Part shown: positions 52,871 to 64,000 of the stretch, piece by piece
How positions within the stretch are numbered: position 1 is the first letter of the stretch
Layout: each line of letters begins with the position of its first letter
Assembly: GCA_021613535.1 (NCBI GenBank)
Contig: CP075497.1
Coordinates: forward strand, 7,254,001-7,318,000
Reading direction: 5' to 3'
Source: Adineta vaga
Taxonomy: Eukaryota; Animalia; Rotifera
Length of the DNA: 64,000 nucleotides
The notes under the pieces: generated by a model
Databases searched by the model: none
Told to the model about the DNA's origin: nothing
The model's input: only the letters and a program-made list of their open reading frames with translations
Position numbers and translations under genes: made by a program

Positions 52871-54600
52871 GATTAGAATGATAAAGTTAACGTAACAACA
52901 AAATATTTTTTTGAAAAAATACGTCAACGACGACGAGAGGAGCACAGGAGATGACTCAAGGTTACACCACATCAATATTTTTGTAAAAGATGGATATACA
53001 ATGGCCAATGAAAGTGTTCTCAGGCAAATGACAAGTGACATCTGCTCATGATTATATCTTCGGATGCTAGTTTCTATGCAAATTGAATCTTTCGGCATTT
53101 TCTTATATTCTTAGTCATGAAAATATATGTTTATTTAAATGATTCCAAAATAAAATGGTCGCTTAAATTGCATGTTCTTTGATTGTAAGAAAAACTCTTT
53201 CTTCATATAATTATCATCGTTTGGATATTGAATTCAACAAAAGTTGAACCGATTTCAGAAGTAAATACATATTTTCTTCTATTAAGCATCTTCCGTGACA
53301 AAAAATAGTGTTCGTAATGAAATCAACTAATGTATTCGAAGCCAAGCTGTCCATCTGATAATCCAGTAAATTTCGATTAAATCACTACTACAATAATATC
53401 GTGTTTTATCATTGTAAATGGATCTACATCTTCAATTGAAATTCTTTCATTTGCCGGTGGTGAAGTTAGAGTCATTTTTACCGATGGAATTTCCTATTGA
53501 ACACATGATTAGTTATTTGAGTAAAAACTAAATTCGCCTATTTGAACATCTTCCATTTTGATACTCAAACGAAAAGAAACGAATTGAACATGATAAATAA
53601 ATAGGTTGTGGAAGATCATTCGCAAGACGAGTATGATCATGACTTGTAAATTCAAGTGTAATGAAAGAGAAAATAGAATTATCTTTTGGAAAAAAAGGAT
53701 TTACTAGATTGTTATCTTATTCGTAATAAATCAATTTTACAAATGAATAGAAAAAGATTTTGATGTAGTTGGAAATGGTCGATATACGATGTACAACTAA
53801 ACTTCGATATTCAAAGAAGAGCTATAGTTTGTCATAAAAGACAAGAATTTTCAGGACTTCTTTTCATTTTTATTTGTTTCGCTTTACGTTTCGATGTTTT
53901 ATTTCATTAAATTGGATGATAAATGACATTACATAGTTTTAGAAATACATGTGAAAAGACGTGCTTAATTCATCATATATCTATTCTATTCCCTTTTCTT
54001 TTCTTTTCGTTCGATATAAAACATAACGAATGTACTTAAGTCAAAGGTTAGGTTATTTTATCATTCTTCAAAATTCATTTCGAGGGTTTGAAGAAGTTTC
54101 ACTTTAGTTCTGCAGAAAATCTTCTTATTGATTCGACTAGTTTGACATTCATGTAGTGATGTATTTATACAAAGTAAAGAAATGCTCAATCATATCTAAT
54201 TCTTGTCTTTTTATTTATTTTTGAATGGAATTTTTCATCATTTTGTCAACATCATTGTGATAACTTAACAAAGAATTTAATTAATCTAAAAGATCTTTGC
54301 CAAGTTTTTCTTTCGAACAGCATATCAATGTTTACTATCAATGACATATTTTCGCTTGTATTCTCGTCTATAACTAAGTTTTGAAAAATATTACACAGAT
54401 TGATTTGAGAAGATGATTGTTCTCATGTTCAGATCTCTATCTATAGGAAGAAAGACGTTCTTTCTTTTTGTTAATCTCGCTTCGATGTCTCTTCATTTTA
54501 TGTTTACACATATCTTTCAGTTAGTTAGTTATTTTCAATTTCCATAAAATTCATTTGTGTTTCGTTGAATCTTTATCTATTTATTGTTATAGAATTAGAA

Positions 54601-55053
54601 TCAAAGAGTCAATCCACAATCTCCTTCTTCAGCAAAAATCAAAGATCTCATATGAAATGATAAACTTAGGATATGATGATGTATTTTCCCGATTGTTGTT
54701 GGATAATTTTTGTAGAACAATATCAGCAATGATAAGTCATAAAGAATCCCATAGTCTACGATAGGAGGTTCTACATCAGCAGCATCTGGTAGTCCCATCT
54801 TTCCTGGAATGGATATGCCAAAATGAACAAATATTGGTGTTGTTTCGACAATAATTTGACAAGTGTTTTCATCAAGACTTGTATCCATATCGTTGATGAT
54901 GATCTTTAATGAAGCCAGTTTTGATAAATGTGAAAGTGAACGAATACTTGTCGGAAATAACAAAAAGCTTTTCAATTCCATAACATTATTTGTTAATGTA
55001 TCATGTCGAAGATTAGAAAGACTCAAACGAATAAGGAAATTATATAATAACAT
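54601..55053 (-). pseudogene. Leucine-rich (LRR/F-box-associated-like) C-terminal fragment
   Basis: LSHLSKLASLKIII..LD...CQII pattern; no upstream exons fit before the neighbouring gene end at 55133. Confidence 0.3.
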
Positions 55054-55132
55054 AAAGAAAAGATGTTGTTAAAATTTTTATTATGAAAAGCTATATTTAG
55101 ACTCCTTTTTCTCTTCTTCTTCTTCGAGGTTG

Positions 55133-56506
55133 TCATTCTTTTTGATTACTAAGAATATTTTCGATAGCTTGAATTACACGAAGATTTCGTGGATCGACAT
55201 TCAGAGCACTAGGATCGAGATGATTGCAAACATAACCATATGCTAGCTGATGTATAGGATATGCAAATGCACAACTACCACCATAACCTATTTGAAATAT
55301 GGAAAATAATATTTAGATATCAGAATAAAATCAGTCAGTAATCGTTACCAGTAAAACCAAAAACACCATCACCAAATATTTGAAAACATTCACCAAATAA
55401 TTGAAAACCACCTTTTCCAAAAATTGTTGGCATATTATACGAATGTATGTCAAGTTCATCTTTTGGTGTAACATTTTCAATTGCTTGATTTAATGTATCT
55501 TCACTCACCAAACGTGTCTGAATATGATTATTTTCATTAATATCGCCAATAAGTAAAGAATAGATACGAGCTAACGATCGAGCATTGGTAATTCCATTAA
55601 CAGCAGGCAGTTCTGCTCGATGAAAATGAACATCGTTATAGATCAATTTTGGTCTTCCTATCGGAAAAGCACCACTACATGTTAATGCTTTATCAGTTTG
55701 TGAGCGAGATGGACGTATATTACTTGTATCAATCTAGAATACATTTACAACATAGTTTCACTCGGCTATGCTTTCAATCAACTTTCGACTTTACGAATCA
55801 GAGGAGAAATTCGTCCTTCAACAGTATCATTTGGTATACCGACATAAAATTCCTTGTCTAATTCATCACGAACAAACTGGCCATATGACCGATAAGAGGG
55901 ATCAACACGACGAATTAATTCTCCCGCAAGATATCCAAGTGTATGAGCATGGTAACCATGTGTAGTTCCTGGTTCCCAATGAGGTTTCTGTAAAGATAAT
56001 AACGAAGTCATATAAGACCAACTATATGCATCATGTACTGTGATATCTTCGTCGACGAATGATAAACCAGCTCGATGTGCTAATAGATCTCCAACAGTAA
56101 TATTCTTTAGAAAAAATAACATACAATGAAAATAATTAACTTAGATGAATCTTACCTGTTTTCCATTAGCAGCAAATTCAGGCCAATACTGCGCAACAGG
56201 TAGATCATAATCGAGCCACTTTCTTTCTACACATAATGCTACTGCTGCTGCTATAATACCTTTGGAAGTCGAAAAGACTAACTGTAATGTATCTAATGTA
56301 TAAGGTTCCTTTTTTGTTTCTACATCTTTCCAACCACCACTTAAATCAACGACACATTTTCCTCGATGATAAATACACAAACCAGCACCAATATCAGATC
56401 CATCAGTTAAATTTTGCTCGAAAACGGAACGTACATTCTCCCAACCAGGTGTTATATGGCCATACACGTGTTTCATACTATTATTATGATTGGGCGTTGA
56501 TAACAT
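55133..56506 (-). CDS. Beta-lactamase-family (class C/EstB-like) serine hydrolase, 4 exons
   Basis: VVDLSGG, FSTSK (SxxK), VAQYWPEFAANGK, LLAHRAGL, PHWEPGTTHGYHA, AELPAVNG.TNARSLARIY, FGFTGYGGS. Confidence 0.92.
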
Positions 56507-56847
56507 TATCGATTTTGTTTTCTTGTTCTATTCACACCGCCGTGCGTCTATGACTTTTAATTTTAGTTTCGTTTCGTTAGTAAGTCAACAATAGAAACAT
56601 AGATATCAATCCTTACCTTTGTCTTTCTCTTTCAATACATTTATAACAAAGTCTCATTGTAGATTGTCAAAAATCTCTTATTCCAAAAGACTTATTCAGA
56701 TCTATTCTTTACTACAAGATCCATCTGAGTTTCAGAAATTCGAAATAAAATGATAACAACAAAACATGATCTTATGGACTTTATCCATTTGTTTTTCTTT
56801 CTTTCTATATTATCATACGTGTGCAACATTTACAAATAGAAAGAAAG

Positions 56848-57890
56848 ATGAATAGAACAGTGACGACATCGCATCTTGTTATTCCGTTATATGAATCAGT
56901 TGATACTCCCACAGCGATTAATGAATTTGTACCACTTCATTATGATTCACCTGGTGCTGCGTTATTTTTAATTGTTGTTATTCTATGGTATGCATTAGGT
57001 ATTGTTTGTATGTTAGGAATGCAAATTCGTGCTCGTGCTGACACAATTGAAGATTGTACAAGACGTCGAACGAAATTATTTCTTCAAACACTTCGTGATC
57101 AAACACAAACGAAACAAATCCTTGGTAAAAACAAATTCTTTTATAATTTTATTGATGCTTAAATCGTACTTATTTTTATTGTTGTTTAGAAGAACTTGTC
57201 GATAAAAAACAACGTGACAAACTTTGGAATATTTATTTAGGTAAAACAGATTATAATAAAGAAAAGTTAAAACGTGCTGAACTTCGTCGAATACGAAATA
57301 TTAAAAAACAATTAGCTGTTATCAATCGAAATCGTCTAATTATGAATGATACAATTTTAACTCCAGTTATCAACGAACATACGCATCGAGCATCATTTAG
57401 TTCACAATCAACATTTATTCCAAATCTTACAGTAGTTGAAGATCAATCGCGTATTCGACGGCGTTCTTCATTAGATCAACAGATAATTGAACGATGGAAA
57501 TCATTAGTAGAGGAAAGTAATGCACATGAACAATTGCCATGGACATTTCGAAAACATCTTATTCGTCGTCATTTTCGACGGTCTTGTAAAAACGTATCAA
57601 TTGAATCGGAACAAATGCCATCACGTTTAACTGATTCATCATTATTTCATGAACATTTGAAACAAATGGAAGATGAACAATATCATCTTTTACCGCCAGA
57701 TCAATATATTCCTAACAAACATTTAAATCGTTCAGTAAAAGGAATAAATGATCGATCTAATCCGTATGTAACTTATTGTCAATTACCAATTAAAGATAAT
57801 TTACAGTCAAATATTCGAAGTCTACCACTTATTACGATCAAATCTGATCACGAAATCGTTCATTTGTATGATGATGAATCTCAATGTTAA
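56848..57890 (+). CDS. Single-pass membrane protein of unknown function, 2 exons
   Basis: TM AALFLIVVILWYALGIVCMLG; in-phase intron ~57125-57189; basic helical cytoplasmic part. Confidence 0.7.
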
Positions 57891-58270
57891 ATTTTAATTA
57901 CTTTTATGTTTTCTTCTAAAATAATGAATAAATTTCATAAAAAAATCTTTTCACTAAAATATACGCTTTATATAATTTCACCGGGTAGATGTCACTATAA
58001 TTTACCACTAAGACTTCTTCAAATGATTGATTGGTTCTTCTATATTTCCAATAGAGTTTTGGATGAAGTAATGCTAAGTACAATTGCAAAGCGAACACAC
58101 CACAGATACAGAAAGCTACATAACGTAATATGAACTCTATCTTGTTTTCCATTTGAAGACACTGTAGTAAGAACATACGTTATGTAATATAAATATGATA
58201 ATATTTCATTTTTCGATTGAACAAATCTATTGCTGAAGATCTGATTACGTAATAGTTCTTCTTGTAGATT

Positions 58271-61357
<3,087 letters not shown>

Positions 61358-61785
61358 TAGGAAAACATAACGAATAGAAAAACGTTTTTTTTTGTGTTTT
61401 GTTATACTTGTGTTTTTCTTGAATATATATATATCCTTATTTTGTCCGTTCTTCTTGTAGATATATATGTTCTTACAAACTTCTAAAATACTTGATATGA
61501 TAACAAAAATCTACTTCTTGACATTTTTAACATCATGTTTATACAAATGAATAAAAAGATAGATGAATGTGCTGTTCATTTTAATGTGGAAAGAAAACTT
61601 TCATCATTTGTTCGCTATAATTTCAATCATTCTTTGATTAGAACGGAAAGAAGATGTCATAAAACATTAGCATACAAATGATTTCTTTCTATATAATTAA
61701 TATTTTTTTTCTTTCTTTTTGTCTTGTATCTTTGAGAGAATATTCATATCATAGAATAAAAATAGATCTTTTTTTTCTTCTTAGA

Positions 61786-63810
61786 ATGGGTTCATCATCA
61801 GATAAATCGAAATTATCATTTCTACATCGTCATCATCTTCTACTTAAAACGCATTATTTTTTATTCTTTTCCTCATTTGGAATTATTTTTCCTATATTAA
61901 ATTTAACTCTTCGTTCACATGGTTTATCCAATATAGAGATTTCATTTTCAAATATTATTCTTCCATTTCTTATCTTTCTTACCAGTCCATTAATTGGTTT
62001 TATTGCGGATAAATCTCGTCGATTTATTTTAACATTTAATCTTCTTTTGCTTCTCGTTATTCTTTCAATTACAAGCTTATTTTTCTTACCACATATTAAA
62101 TCTTATCATATTCAAGCAACTTTACATTCCATAAAATCCTCCGAATATATCTTAGATTTTTGTGCGAGTCAAGAAGTTGTTACTAAATGTTCATCAAGAT
62201 CTGAATGTGGATGTTCCTATCAAGCTTTTTGTAAAACAATGAATGTTTCATTAAATTTTTCCTTTACTATGAATTCGTATACAACAGAACATCATTTTTA
62301 TCAGAACGAACAGTTCATATGTGATATTAATTATCGAGTACCTATCAACAACAGTCTTCTGCGTAAGTTTAATTATCATATAAAGATAAATCCATAGCTG
62401 AACTTTTTATTAAGATAATCACAATCTTTCGAAAATGAAATGTCGAATAACTTGTTCTATACCGTATTTTTGTCATGGATTACGTTATTCTAAACAAATG
62501 ATATATATTATACTCTATTCTGTTTTGTATATCTTCGGTGCTAATCTTCTTTCAACAGATAATGCGTTGGCAACATCGATTGGCTTTGCTAGTTTACCTC
62601 GTGCTGATCTATTTGGCAAACAACGTGTTTGGGGAACAATTGGTTTTGGCATTGCAGCATTTACGGCAAGTCGAATGTATGAATTTTTCCATAGTGAATA
62701 TGTTTACATAATAATGTTTAATACGTTTGCTATATTAACAATTTTAATAACAATTTTCATACCAATACGAAAGATTGAGAAAACAAATGAGAAGAAAGAA
62801 ACGAAATTTAATCTTTCAATGTTAATTCCATTATTGAAAAAAGTTGATGTTTTGATTTTTCTATCAATAGCATTCATTTGGGGAATGTGTTTTGGATGTC
62901 TTCAACCGGTACGAACGAATGATTCACTTTTACACATTATTTTATGATCTGTTTTAGTATCTTGGATTATATATTGATGAAATTGCTCCATGTCATTCAC
63001 GTTCAATTATTGGTTGGATGTTATTGATATCTGCATCGTCAGAAGTGATTGCATTCTATGCTGCAAGAAGAGTTATTCGATTTTTTGGTAGTAATTTCTC
63101 ATGTATAATCATCTTCTTGGCATTCGCTATACGATTCAGTGGATATTATTTTCTTCCTAAACCGTTTTTTTACTTACCGATGGAAACAATGCATTTTTTT
63201 AATTTTGGTATACTTAATGTTTTGATTGCGGAAAGAGCTGATACAATCGGTATATGAAGAAATTCTTATTGATCAAAGTTTATCTCTTTGATTATTTATC
63301 CTAGCACCATCTGGACTTTCTGGGACACTTCAAGGAATTGCTCATGGGATTACACATGGTTTAGGTAATGATTAATCAAATATAGAAGATTTATTAGATA
63401 GTTTCAATTGAATTCTAATTAAAAAAGATTGATTTATCGCCTTTTTTATTATCTATCGTGCAATGAATACTAATCATTTCCATTAATAAAGCTCAATTTT
63501 TTTCATTTTCTAAATAGGTCGTGGATGTGGTTTACTCATTTCTTCCTTTATCTATATTGTTGTTCAACAGCGTCTTCTTTTTCTTATTTTTGCAATTATA
63601 AATCTAATTGCTGCCATTATTTATTCAATCTATTTCTTTCTCACCCGACAATCTTCAGGCAAGAATGTTTCGACATCAAAAAATGATAATACTGTTATCT
63701 TGGAAGCAGGTAATTTGATTTATTGATTAGAATAAGTCAATTTCAATCGATGTTTAGATCTTGAATGTTTACCATCATTACCGATGATAAAAGTGAATAA
63801 TGAACAGTAA
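61786..63810 (+). CDS. MFSD6-like major facilitator superfamily protein
   Basis: KTHYFLFF, G.IADK, Cys-rich loop, FGKQRVWGTIGFG, SEV..F, TLQGI..G...GLGRG.G; about 12 TMs. Confidence 0.88.
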
Positions 63811-64000
63811 AGGCAAACAATTTCTTTTTTTAACCGTTAGATTTGACAAAGAAAAAGAACAGGTCAAAGAAATGAAATTTTTTATTAGTTTTATTTTATA
63901 TTTTATTCATTATGAAAAAAGAAAATCTTTGAATGCAACATTATCCTTGAATAAAAAATGAGGAGGTTATAAGTGTTAGTTTTCATTTATTTAAACAGTT

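Noticed and set aside
53100-53850. Degenerate coding-like sequence
   Set aside because: Stops in the frames examined and no identifiable family.

Overview
AT-rich, gene-dense eukaryotic (animal) DNA with many ~40-90 nt GT-AG introns. The intron style, compact spacing and intron-containing genes of bacterial/fungal type suggest a bdelloid rotifer (inference, not proven). About 28 protein-coding genes can be modelled by hand. Recognisable ones include an NR2E nuclear receptor, condensin CAP-H, CRIM1, an RDH-type SDR, RASSF7/8, a claudin-like protein, JMJD7, two tandem PA-M28 aminopeptidases, a Ly6/quiver protein, POGLUT2/KDELC, Pmp3, ADCK5, Chk2, a beta-lactamase-family hydrolase, AFG3L2 and an MFSD6-like transporter. 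Highlights: (1) ADCK5 carries a mutually exclusive cassette in which a two-exon module and a one-exon module encode the same segment; (2) a UBE2D/E-like E2 has Lys in place of its catalytic Cys and lies 78 nt upstream of an O-methyltransferase-like ORF lacking the SAM-binding motif; (3) several genes start just after a 3' splice acceptor ~80-175 nt downstream of the previous stop, suggesting trans-spliced operons or fusion isoforms; (4) the M28 pair shares a near-identical ~800 nt block with clustered differences in an active-site loop. Scattered 1-nt frameshifts, including in AFG3L2, probably reflect assembly error. No rRNA, tRNA or CRISPR was recognised. All gene models were built by eye without database searches.
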